A stretch of 64,000 nt of DNA from positions 5,520,001 through 5,584,000 of the forward strand of contig CM119371.1 of the NCBI GenBank assembly GCA_051294905.1. The letters are read 5' to 3'. Below are positions 1-12,432 of this stretch, one piece after another; the stretch's first letter is position 1, and each line of letters starts with the position of its first letter. This DNA is from Botryllus schlosseri. Lineage: Eukaryota. A program made the translations under genes and the position numbers. Under the pieces are notes generated by a model that was given only the letters and a program-made list of their open reading frames with translations, ran no database searches and was not told where the DNA came from.

Positions 1-204
1 GCAGGTTCATTGACGTTTTTTATCAATAATCTACAAAATGAGAAATGGAGAGATTTTTTCAAATTTTGGACAACCCTAATAGTTAGCTTTATATTCGTTA
101 TTCGATTCAGGATATCTGTTCATTTTGGTGAATTAATCTGTATTTTACATAGTCAGCAAAATGTAATGACTTTTCAGTTTACAACATCACTCTCACTTCA
201 AAAA

Positions 205-390
205 TTCAGTTTGACTTGAGTCATGACTTGACGCGTGACTTGGCTTGACTTGATTAACATCCGAAATTGAGTGACTAGAATTGACTCGAGTCGCCTTCGA
301 AAATCGATTGACCTGACTTGACTCGAGTCAAAATTTGCAATGACTCGAGATGACTCATGACTCGAAGGTAGAGGCTTGATCCCAACACTG
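205..390. mobile_element. GACTCG/GACTTG-rich MITE, right part
   Basis: Clustered GACTTGACTCGAGTC motifs ending in CCCAACACTG, as in the element at ~24947-25196. Confidence 0.55.
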
Positions 391-3300
391 GCTCAAATAC
401 AGATTCTAATCTAATCTGTAAAAGTTTGTATACTCTCATTTTATTTCTTATCAGCTGTCTGGTTTTATTGAAAATGTTACGGGAGAACTGTACCGTGTGA
501 AACGAGCCAGGATTGATGTACACACATTTTCATGAGTGTGAGAATGAGCTCTGAGTTGATATCAGGTTAAATTGATTCGACTACAAAGTTTTCACGAATT
601 CCATATCAGTAACTTCAAGTCTAATCTAATTTGGAAATTTGAAAAATGTTAACTAGCGAGCTAACTTTAAAAAAGCTGAAAGCTTTCTAGTTGTCCAAGT
701 CTGCCCTCACAAAATAAATTCTAACATGTTCACCGGAAACACTTATTGGTGATTATCATATTGTTGTGGATAGAAAAGGACCCAAACGTGGTGAATTGAT
801 CCCCACACTGGCTACAATTGACGACAGGACTAAAATTGAAGATTTTAGAACATACTGCACACAGAGTGGACAATGCCTGATAAATCCTAGTTTTCAAATT
901 GGTTCCATTTTTATAGGCCTCATTTCATTTTGAACTTCTGCAATCAAAACGAGATGGAAGAATTTTGTATGGCAATTTAGCATATTTATGAAAATAGTTA
1001 ATGAAAGCTATGTATATGACTTTTTGTATTCCCGGAACCATTCAATATGATTTCAACAATTTTAATTCCAATTTTATATCTTTTAACTTAGTGCCCGCAT
1101 GAGCTCCCCCATGTGTAATCAGTAGATCTGAATCGAGTATTAGGCTTCGAGTCAAGTTAGGGATTTGAGTATCCTTCATTATGATGACATAACAATACGA
1201 AAGATGTGTTAAGTTCAGATATGTACCATTTATGCGATCACGAAGTGTATAATGCCAGTTTTATACACAATAAAGATAGCTTGGTGTTTTTAGACCATAA
1301 CCATTTCATTCAATTTTTGACAACAATTCGTGTTTTAAATCCTTTCACAGAAGAAAATAGCATCGAAACTCGAATTCTCGTTGGTAAGTTACGAGTGACG
1401 AGGATCATAGGATTTCGAAACTCAAAAAAAAAAATCCCTTATTGTCCTAATCAAATCATTAAAATCTATGTGCTCACTGTCCAGCCCTAGCAATTACTAT
1501 TGTAGGATTTGTAGCGCTTTACGGATCATCTTTGGAGCTTACCAAAATTTACCATCACGGGACTCAAATATCGTTTTTGGTTTCACAAGGCGTAGTTAAC
1601 TATGCAAGACTGCAACTGTGCAATGATACAGGCTCATGAACCCGCTCAATCCAGTTTTAAAGATGGAATGTCCTATTGGAAATAGTATTATTTTTCATAA
1701 TCCAACATTTCGTACCCTGCTACTTCTATGGGTTGGAGTTGATGAATATGCATCATTCAATATTTTTGTAGACAACCTAACCATTCCATGTGGGAGCCGA
1801 TACAATTTCAATGAAACTTTTTATTGTTGTTAAAAATCAATAATTTTCTACCATATTACTTTTCGCTTAACAAACTTGGTATTTTCATCAACTAGCCAGT
1901 AAAATTTGAAAACAAAATTGATTTTCAAACAACCCCAAAAGTCTGTCTACTTTACAAAGCCCAATTATTATAACACTGTAATACGAGCAGGATCGTTGGC
2001 AGTATCCCGAATAGATATCTTCTAGAACAGTTGTTCTTCAACTGTTTAAGACACACCTCCTCGGTCAATATTAAAAACTTCCACCACCAACTTATCACAT
2101 CAAAAGGCAAGGCATTGTGAAAGCTATAACTCTTTTAGCAGTAGTTCATGGCCTTTCCTAGCTACGATAACTAGGCAAGCCCATACGATAATCTGCAGGC
2201 CGTAAGCAAACTACAAATTTTCGACTAATTACGAAAACCAAAATTCATCACATTGCACAACTTATGCATTACTATAGAATACTGGTGCGCAAAATCAAAT
2301 GTGCATAAACAACAGCGCCAAAATTATTGAATGTTTTTCACAAAAATACAAAAAATATTAATGAAGATTTACAGTAGTAATAACCCTACTAATTATAGAT
2401 AGAAACAGAATAAGCAAGTGCTTGCATTTTAATACGAGAAATTCAGCTCATAATAGCTGATTGCTTTACTTTCAACAAATTCGATCACCGATGTATGGCC
2501 GTAATAATATATCTCTTAATATCGTATAAAGGATTGTAAGATTACAGTACCGTACTTGAAAAAATCATCTCTCACTAATCAACCTGAATTATTGCGATTA
2601 ATACTAAGTTCGAATACAGTAATGTAATCATTGTGCCCATCGGAACTAGTGGCATTTACAACAGTGAAAATATGAACATAGGAACCAACGATAAGACACC
2701 ATATACAAGCAGCTCTCACAAATCATAATGTGACATTAACCAAAAACATCAGACAAACATCAATACTTCCAGGGATGCAAGCTTTATATGACAATAATCA
2801 GTCTGAAGATTGTTAAAATTAGCAAACTTATGCACATGCTGCAATACCTTATTTGGTATACTCCACACACTGGAAAATGTTCCCCATGATTACCAACAAT
2901 CAATGTTCCCTGTGAGCAATTGAGCATGTCAACATTTACGGTTTTTGAGCGATATTCAAGTGTTCCCTATTTCCATGTCTTGGATATCTCTCTTAATCGA
3001 ATAATAATTGAGTTGCATTTGGCTAGTGAAATACAATGCCGCTTTTGAATGTGCACAAACAAAACATCATTTCCGTACCCGCCAAAACAAAATGTAACAG
3101 TGTCAGATCTTTCATCCTCGTACTATAGTCATGGAGTTTTTGGGAACGCAGATTGGTGGTGATCATGGGGATCACTTTCCAATGTGTAAAGGCGTACCGA
3201 ACAAGTGCTGCAGAATGTCAGATAACCTTTTCGAAGATATATATTTATCCAAACTCTATTGCAGGCCCTTTTCAAGATGGACATATGCATGGAAAAAGCA

Positions 3301-3474
3301 TCGTTCTCAGTCATACTTGTACAGACTACTGAATTTTCAAATTGAGTAAACAAAACTCGAATTACTCACTTTTAGACACGCTAGAACTAACTGCCTTCGC
3401 AACTATGAATCACAAGTATAGATTCAATCTTGAATCGACTTCATATTTATCTTATTAGAATCGGATTTCTTCAT

Positions 3475-3495
3475 GAGAGAGAGAGAGAGAGAGAG
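3475..3495. repeat. (GA)n microsatellite
   Basis: ~10 GA units. Confidence 0.9.
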
Positions 3496-4440
3496 TCTTT
3501 ATTTTTTCATCGAACCAAAATACATAACAAACGGCAGTGATGGTGGTACAGAAAATATGCGTGCACAGTATTCGGTATTAGATAGGAATGATCGATAAGA
3601 CCATGGAGGTCATCTAGTCTGATCACACCAGCATCAAACAGGTATACTTGACTCAGAACAATGAAAATCAGTGCAAGGTTGAAATGGGAGGGGTTTCGAC
3701 CCTCGAAAACCACCCCTTAGCTGCTCAACCGTTACTAGTGATGATTCTGAGCTTGCAATTGTTATTAGTTGCAAGAACATCACCCAATAAAACACTGGCA
3801 TCACAATTTACGTTAGATGACAATACGTTTTCTAATTCTACTTCTGATTCAAGTTCCAGTTTATCGGCAGCTAATTTACTCTAACTATGACTATAACCTA
3901 TTCAAAATCACGAACTAGAATTAGAACTACTTGAAAATTCGACCTACAACTTAACAACTAAACTAAACTGAGCACTGAGCAGCGAATATGAAAACTGAAA
4001 AGCAGAACACCTGAGGACCACTGTGATTCTATTAGAATTTTTAGCGAAAATCGGTGATTGGGTGAATCATGAATATATACTCGGGTGTCATTACATTTTG
4101 TGCTTTGGAAATTACATCGGCATATTCAGGAACCTCTTGCCATACTGTTTCTTGATGATGTATTCAATGACAAATGCACGTAAACGACCGTTTTCGGGTG
4201 TATTTCCAGGTATTATCACGAAAAAACAATTTTAAGAAGACGAAGAGATACCTACTACACAGCCGTTTGACTGAATATTTTGCAGTTGAATCGTAAGAAA
4301 TGTGTCGGTGATAACGCTCAACAGACCATGTCTATCGACTATCCTTGGGTATAAATATATTTCGAAGAGTGCGGGAATGATTTGACACCGGCGGCTGCTA
4401 CGAAGAATCATCATTTTCTCGAATATATGATCACGACGAA

Positions 4441-7357
4441 TAGTAGAACACTTTTTTAAAAGATTTAGGCTCCGGACTCTACATACAACTCATTAGAATC
4501 GAATTGAAATCGGACATTTTCGAAATTTCGGTAATCCGGACACACTTATGGCCCCAGTTCGACCCTTGGGACGTCGACTTGAATAATAATTTTAGTCTCG
4601 ATAGAAGCGGCCAGATTAGTAGAACCCATTTCAAAACGAATTAGGCTTCGGACTCTACATATATCTCATTAGAATCGAATTGAAATCGGACATTTTCGAA
4701 ATTTCGATAATCCGGACACACTTATGGCCCCAGTTCGACCCATGGGACGTCGACTTGAATAATAATTTTAGTCTCGATAGAAGCGGCCAGATTAGTAGAA
4801 CCCATTTCAAAACGAATTAGGCTTCGGACTCTACATATATCTCATTAGAATCGAATTGAAATCGGACATTTCCGAAATTTCGATAATCCGGACACACTTA
4901 TGGCCCCAGTTCGACCCATGGGACGTCGACTTGAATAATAATTTTAGTCTCGATAGAAGCGGCCAGATTAGTAGAACCCATTTCAAAACGAATTAGGCTT
5001 CGGACTCTACATATATCTCATTAGAATCGAATTGAAATCGGACATTTTGGAAATTTCGATAATCCGGACACACTTATGGCCCCAGTTCGACCCTTGGGAC
5101 GTCGACTTGAATAATAATTTTGGTATTGATGGAATCGGCTAGACTAGTAGAATCCATTTCAAAACGAATTAGGCTTCGGACTCTACATATATCTCATTAG
5201 AATCGAATTGAAATCGGACATTTTCGAAATTTCGATAATCCGGACACACTTATGGCCCCAGTTCGACCCTTGGGACGTCGACTTGAATAATAATTTTAGT
5301 CTCGATAGAAGCGGCCAGATTAGTAGAACCCATTTCAAAACGAATTAGGCTTCGGACTCTACATATATCTCATTAGAATCGAATTGAAATCGGACATTTT
5401 CGAAATTTCGATAATCCGGACACACTTATGGCCCCAGTTCGACCCATGGGACGTCGACTTGAATAATAATTTTGGTATTGATGGAATCGGCTACACTAGT
5501 AGAATCCATTTCAAAACGAATTAGGCTTCGGACTCTACATATATCTCATTAGAATCGAATTGAAATCGGACATTTACGAAATTTCGATAATCCGGACACA
5601 CTTATGGCCCCAGTTCGACCCTTGGGACGTCGACTTGAATAATAATTTTGGTATTGATGGAATCGGCTAGACTAGTAGAATCCATTTCAAAACGAATTAG
5701 GCTTCGGACTCTACATATATCTCATTAGAATCGAATTGAAATCGGACATTTACGAAATTTCGATAATCCGGACACACTTATGGCCCCAGTTCGACCCTTG
5801 GGACGTCGACTTGAATAATAATTTTAGTCTCGATAGAAGCGGCCAGATTAGTAGAACCCATTTCAAAACGAATTAGGCTTCGGACTCTACATATATCTCA
5901 TTAGAATCGAATTGAAATCGGACATTTTCGAAATTTCGATAATCCGGACACACTTATGGCCCCAGTTCGACCCATGGGACGTCGACTTGAATAATAATTT
6001 TGGTATTGATGGAATCGGCTACACTAGTAGAATCCATTTCAAAACGAATTAGGCTTCGGACTCTACATATATCTCATTAGAATCGAATTGAAATCGGACA
6101 TTTACGAAATTTCGATAATCCGGACACACTTATGGCCCCAGTTCGACCCTTGGGACGTCGACTTGAATAATAATTTTGGTATTGATGGAATCGGCTAGAC
6201 TAGTAGAATCCATTTCAAAACGAATTAGGCTTCGGACTCTACATATATCTCATTAGAATCGAATTGAAATCGGACATTTACGAAATTTCGATAATCCGGA
6301 CACACTTATGGCCCCAGTTCGACCCTTGGGACGTCGACTTGAATAATAATTTTGGTATTGATGGAATCGGCTACACTAGTAGAATCCATTTCAAAACGAA
6401 TTAGGCTTCGGACTCTACATATATCTCATTAGAATCGAATTGAAATCGGACATTTACAAAATTTCGATAATCCGGACACACTTATGGCCCCAGTTCGACC
6501 CTTGGGACGTCGACTTGAATAATAATTTTGGTATTGATGGAATCGGCTACACTAGTAGAATCCATTTCAAAACGAATTAGGCTTCGGACTCTACATATAT
6601 CTCATTAGAATCGAATTGTAATCGGACATTTACGAAATTTCGATAATCCGGACACACTTATGGCCCCAGTTCGACCCTTGGGACGTCGACTTCAATAATA
6701 ATTTTGGTATTGATGGAATCGGCTAGACTAGTAGAATCCATTTCAAAACGAATTAGGCTTCGGACTCTACATATATCTCATTAGAATCGAATTGAAATCG
6801 GACATTTTCGAAATTTCGATAATCCGGACACACTTATGGCCCCAGTTCGACCCTTGGGACGTCGACTTGAATAATAATTTTAGTCTCGATAGAAGCGGCC
6901 AGATTAGTAGAACCCATTTCAAAACGAATTAGGCTTCGGACTCTACATATATCTCATTAGAATCGAATTGAAATCGGACATTTTCGAAATTTCGATAATC
7001 CGGACACACTTATGGCCCCAGTTCGACCCTTGGGACGTCGACTTGAATAATAATTTTAGTCTCGATAGAAGCGGCCAGATTAGTAGAACCCATTTCAAAA
7101 CGAATTAGGCTTCGGACTCTACATATATCTCATTAGAATCGAATTGAAATCGGACATTTTCGAAATTTCGATAATCCGGACACACTTATGGCCCCAGTTC
7201 GACCCATGGGACGTCGACTTGAATAATAATTTTAGTCTCGATAGAAGCGGCCAGATTAGTAGAACCCATTTCAAAACGAATTAGGCTTCGGACTCTACAT
7301 ATATCTCATTAGAATCGAATTGAAATCGGACATTTTCGAAATTTCGATAATCCGGAC
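4441..7357 (+). repeat. 176-bp tandem array in left TIR (~16.5 units)
   Basis: Motif CACACTTATGGCCCCAG recurs at 4541, 4717, 4893 ... 7181 (16 copies, period exactly 176). The array breaks off mid-unit at 7357. Confidence 0.97.
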
Positions 7358-8835
7358 TTACTTTGATTCAACTTCAGGTATCATAAAATCCTATCCTGGT
7401 TTGAAACCCTACCAAATCTATTCGCTGTTGGTGCGTAATCCATTTAAAGGGCATCTTGGGCTACCAGTTGCCAGCTACGTAACAACGAGGCACACGACCA
7501 ACAGCATACAAACCTTCCTCGGCTTCTTCCAGGAGAAATTACGATCAACAATCAAACCAAGGTTGATCATTATTGATGGGGCTATGGCAATTTGGAATGC
7601 AGTACTGCAAACGTTTTGTCACGAAACACGATTGCAGTACTATCACCGAATCTACCGGATAGTCAATGGCCACGCACAAAGAAATGACCTGGAGTTGCCA
7701 TTTGTGATAAATTGCTTGAGTCATTGCATGCATGCAGCCTCAATCTTAACCAGGAAATATTACAAAAGAAAAACACATAAAACTGCAATGCACTGGATGG
7801 GACTTTTATTCATGTTGTCTGACATCAGTGAAATATATTCGGCATTTTACCACATATTGGTGCTTCTTCTGTTTGAAAGGAACTCGCCACAAGTTTCGAA
7901 CAGTTACGGGATTCTAAAAAACGCTTCTACATCTTCGGGGCTTGAACGTTTCGATTGTTCGGTTGTTGATGAAAATGACGTAATCATAAACGACGCGGAT
8001 TTCTTTTCGAACATTGCGAAGAAAGATAAAAATCAGGAGGCACAATCACCTTTTTTTGTTCAAAGCAAAACCATAATGGACAATTTGAAAAATTCTGAAA
8101 TTTTTGAGGAAGGATCAAATCCTGTTTACACAAAAAATGAATATTATTCTCCGGATTTCGCCGACAAAATGTTGCATGTTATCATGCCCCGGATTGGTGC
8201 CACATCAGGCCTTTTGCTCGGAGATTTTATTAGGCATGCTGAAGCGAAAGATATTCCAAACTACGCGCTGTACGAAAAATACAGCGCTAGTTACAAAAGT
8301 ATCGAGAAGTATGCTGCCAAGAATAACACACGATCAATTTGCGAATACAACCGAACCCAAGGCGTGATTGAGGAGCATTTTCACCAACTGAAGCACGTTT
8401 ACTTGGGTGGCAGTCGTGTAAGTGATCTCGATCGATTTGTGTACAGATACAAGAAAGAAATCGCAAAATCGTGCAAGATTTTTTCTGATGTGTTACTGCA
8501 CTCGGGATACAGGAGTGGAAAAACAGCATTATCAGCTGTCTCGGAATTCGATGACTCGGACCTTTTACATTCCGAGTTCAAAGGGTGCAATAAAGCCAAA
8601 TCGGGGACGAAAAACGTGGAACATCAACCGAAGTTGTCAGGCAACTCGAGAAACAAAACGTCTCATCGAGACATCAATACAGGAATTTACACGTCGGGAA
8701 AATTTGGGGATAATATAATTTTTCTGAATAAGCCTAACTCCCTTGCTGCCACAACGCCTAGCGTCAACGATGTCGAAACTACTCTGTGTGCAGAGACAGC
8801 AGGAGATCACACGAAAAAACCAGTAAAATTCTCAG
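7358..8835 (+). CDS. MULE-family DDE transposase catalytic domain exon, N-terminally truncated
   Basis: Within ORF 7320-8858: YFDSTSG (D1), PVASYVT..H...I..FL, IIIDGAMAIWNAV (D2), CLSH (CxxH) and TQGVIEEHFHQLK (E). The ORF start (TTG) lies inside the tandem repeat. Probable donor CTCAG|GTATT at 8835. Confidence 0.85.
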
Positions 8836-9084
8836 GTATTAACCTATCATGCTTCTAAATATAAAATAATCGAGATTCATAGGACACGTACGGGAAGAGG
8901 TTGCCAAAGTAGAAGCAGAATTTGCTCTCCGTAAAAACAGGAACGATTACGAACGACAGGATAACGATTCGACCGCATTATCTGGACGCATTATCGGAAC
9001 CACGCAAGCGGTGTATAGATTAACAAGCCGAGACTTTCGTAGATGTATTCTATAGTGATCTCTCCATATAGATTTCGCGCGAAG

Positions 9085-9533
9085 CAGTGATTGCCCTACG
9101 AACGGGGGGCCCTGGGCGAGACTTATCGGGGGGCTATAAGTATCTAATAGTAACTTCTGGGGGTCTCCGCCCCCCAGACCCCCTTTTGCATCTGTTATTA
9201 TTATCCATCTTTCACCACGTCAGGTTGGGCCAGGTGATGGATTCGGCTATATCTATTATTGCATGTGTGCAAGAGGTAGACGACATCAGAACTAAGTAAT
9301 TCTACCGCATGCATAGACGTGATGATGATCGGGATACGGGACTTTTCTAACAAATGCAGGGATTTGATGATGATTGACACATCTGTACGGAATCATATTC
9401 TTGCTTGGTACACCGATTTCCATGTTTATTCGCTATTAGCCTTTAAAAAAGCGCATAAACCAAAGAGGGGGCCTTCGACCAGGGGGGGGGGGCGGGGGAC
9501 CACCCACCTCGCCCACCCCAAAAGCCACCACTG
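9085..9533. mobile_element. hAT-type MITE inserted inside the MULE
   Basis: CAGTG...CACTG termini; exact 8-bp TSD GCGCGAAG (9077-9084, 9534-9541). Confidence 0.85.
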
Positions 9534-9670
9534 GCGCGAAGCATGATCAACATTTTTGTCTCTCCGCAAAAACTGGTACTCAATTGGTCTCTCTCTTCCT
9601 CTTATTAGAAGTACATATTACTTCTACTTGATACAGTGTAAGTAGCGTTTGATTACACTTCTTTATACAG

Positions 9671-11318
9671 ACATTAACACGCTGTGGTTGTCAGAGGCTT
9701 GCGACAGGGTGGAAGCGGTTGTCAGGAGGAATACACTAACATCAAGGGATCTGCATTTGTTGTCAGGGAATGAATGGCTAAATGATAAGGTATGTGCTGC
9801 ACCAGTATAACTAGTTTTCTGATTCATGGAATCTTTTCTGTCCAGATTATGGATGCGGCAATGCAGACGCTGTGTATAAAGGTAACATTCATTTTGTTTG
9901 CCAATTGTGTTAGATTATTATGCAATAATAATGCCGCTCAATTCCTATTAGAGCGGGAAACCCTATAACTGCATTTCCTGTCAACTTTCGACACCATGTT
10001 GGTACCAGGGTCTTTACCACGGGAAGGAACTCACCAAAGCGGTACGGCATCATCACATTCCTCGTAGCATTATTTGGAATAAGTCGTAATGCATGGTGTG
10101 TTTAGATGCAGAATAAGCCGCTCGAAAAATCCATCGTGACATCTATCCACCTTGGGAATCATTGGATTTTTCTGGTAATCCATTTTCTTGATAAAATTTC
10201 TGTTGTATGCTGGACCAGTCATACCTCGCTTTGCGTTTTTGTTAAGGCCAGCGACATAGAAGCAAAGCTTCTTTATGTTTACGATTCCCTTGGCAATGAA
10301 GAAGATTACACAGAAACTTTGTTGCAACACTGGAAGTGAGATTATCGAAAAGGTAGAATTAAAAAAATAATTTCATTGCTCGGTTTATCGAAAATTAGAG
10401 GGTACTGGACTCATCACAAGCCCGAGCCCGAGAGTTCCGTGGATTGGACCGTAATATGCTTTCCACACGATGCCCAAACAGACACTTTTAACTGTGGAGT
10501 CCTGGTGCTGAAGGTATGAATTTCATTCATATATATATATGAAAATATGATTTTTTTCGTGCCAAACGTGAATAGTAATAGTATATTACATTTTCACGAT
10601 GTTTTTTGGAATACCTATCTGCAAGGTCCCGCCAAAAAGGCCTACTTGGAAATTATACATTGAATACCCCTAATAATGATGCTGCGGCGGCCCGCGGCGT
10701 CATTAAAAACTAGGAAATTGACCCGCAAGCACGTTTGAGCTGGAGACCTCGGGCTTAAAACATGTTTCAATCAAAGTGTTTTGAAGCACCGTTTGTTGTA
10801 AATGCAAGCCTAGTTACATCAATTCTATTCAAACTCCCAGCGACTGATTTATCATTTTGCATTGTCTGCGATGAGGCTTCTTTCAGTTTAGAGAACAGTC
10901 ACCTCTGATCGAATACCAAGAGCATATGACGCCTCGACCAAATCTACTTTTCTAAATTACTTGAGTTCTTTTGAGACCTATCACGTTCTTGGAAATCGAT
11001 ACCTATACCTGTAATTGATTAGAAATTTAAGATATTACTGGCACTGCTACTGCAGTAGCAACGATAACTATACGTCAGCCACCTCTGATTACTCGTATGA
11101 AAACATTTGGTTGGTGTTCTAAGTTTGCGGAAAAGTTCTTGTTGGGTGAGGCCACCGATTTTCCGGCAAGCACTGAAGATTGCAAACGCTATCGCGAGAC
11201 CATTGGAAACATGTTGCTCGAACGAACAGGTATAAATGTTAGCTGTTATTTAGTGGTAAAATATAATATTGCTTCTTTTACATATAGATGAGAAAGTTCT
11301 ACTCGAAAGTCGAAATGG
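9671..11318 (+). CDS. Spliced Ulp1/SENP-like (peptidase C48) cysteine protease domain
   Basis: Phase-consistent GT-AG exons 9671-9789 (..LLSGNEWLNDK), 9846-9881 (IMDAAM..), 9952-10041, 10106-10174 (..LGNHWIFL), 10247-10335 (..YVYDSLG..), 10399-10513 (..AQTDTFNCGVLVLK), 11124-11229 (FAEKFL..YRETIGNML), 11288-11318. WLND, HW, DSL and QxDxxxCG motifs are all present. Confidence 0.88.
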
Positions 11319-11734
11319 GTAAGTAGAATGCTTGCTGACTCTCGAATCTGAAATTAACTTATTGTTCCAAGCGAGATAGCGTAATGTTGATCGAGTTCGA
11401 CATTATGACGCAACAATTCTGTCTGGAGTGAAGCTCAGTAAAAAGAGCCAGACAGCATAGTTGCGTCACAAGGTCAAGCTCGATCACCATGCAAAATTCG
11501 AGGCTGATTTTGGGGTGTTCAATGAACATGATCAGAATGAAATATATATTTTCGTAATCAGCACAGCAGCAGCTTTCAATTGATGCCCATTTTATCAAAT
11601 TTAGCGATCGGTAAGCCGGTCAAAATTGGTCGTAAAATTGCCCTTGGACAAATGGAAAGTGTGTCGTCAGCCAAATGCAGTGGGCCGTTCAATCTCGCTG
11701 TGACAACACCACGCTATGTTGGCTTTTATCAAAA

Positions 11735-12220
11735 TACGAAAATGACTCGAGCCTGACTCGACTTGGACTCGAATCATTGCGCATGACTCGCACCAAGTCA
11801 TATGACTCGAATCTCAACGGCATTGACCGACAATTCATTGTAATTCAAATGAATAGTAAAGCAACCAGCCAGCACACTGCTGGTATTTCGCCTTGGTACT
11901 GGCACTTGAAAATGCGAGCAGAAACTGTTGAAAGTGAGGAAAATTAGTATATTTTAAGTGCGCACCATTCGATATCACCAAACAACGTTTTAAAAAGTGG
12001 TTCCAACAAGACTTCAAGTAGAAACTGAGCAGTGAGCAGTCAACTCAATTACTTCGACTCGGACTTGAGTCAGAATACCACGACTCGGACTGGGCCCATT
12101 GCTCGCTGACTTTGACTTGGACTTCGGGGTGAATTGAAAATGACTCGACTTGACTCAAGTCAAAACTATAGAAGTGAAATTGACTCGTGACCCACAGCCT
12201 TGTGACTTGGTTACTAGCCT
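11735..12220. mobile_element. Degenerate GACTCG-rich hAT MITE copy in last intron of the MULE gene
   Basis: Similar to the copies at 28727-29259 and 30732-31316; termini eroded, boundaries approximate. Confidence 0.7.
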
Positions 12221-12432
12221 GCTATGTTCACATCATCCCTATTGGTGTAGCCTATTTTAATCGAAATCGCGAAGTTCATGTTCAAGTTCAAATAAATTAA
12301 TTCCGGAACTGTAGGTCTTCACAATATTTTCCCTTTTCACTGTGTTATAGGTTACGTTATAATTAGACGACAGAGACAGAAAGTTATACATTTTTTTAAA
12401 TATCACATCAATAAACGTTTTAATTGTTTCAG

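Noticed and set aside
3129..3346. Possible exon (MEFLGTQIGGDHGDHFPMCKG...) with AG/GT boundaries
   Set aside because: Open frame but no recognisable homology or partner exons; insufficient support.
4009..4030. Classifying the large element as hAT because of its 8-bp TSD
   Set aside because: The transposase motif order (D..D..CxxH..E in MULE context) and multi-kb TIRs fit Mutator/Foldback; no hAT dimerisation motif.
4023..4414. Short ORFs 4023-4235 and 4232-4414 and their mirrors at 16453-16844
   Set aside because: They are duplicated only because they lie in the TIRs; no recognisable protein features.
4441..7357. CRISPR-like repeat/spacer array
   Set aside because: The variable block has only two recurring alleles rather than unique spacers, the unit is 176 bp, there are no cas genes, and the context is eukaryotic.
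7320..7357. N-terminus MKSDIFEISIIR of the 512-aa ORF as a real start
   Set aside because: It begins at TTG and is simply translated tandem-repeat sequence.
9609..9637. Extra 29-nt micro-exon before the protease exons
   Set aside because: It would need a 33-nt intron, shorter than all other inferred introns (47 nt or more); left out of the model.
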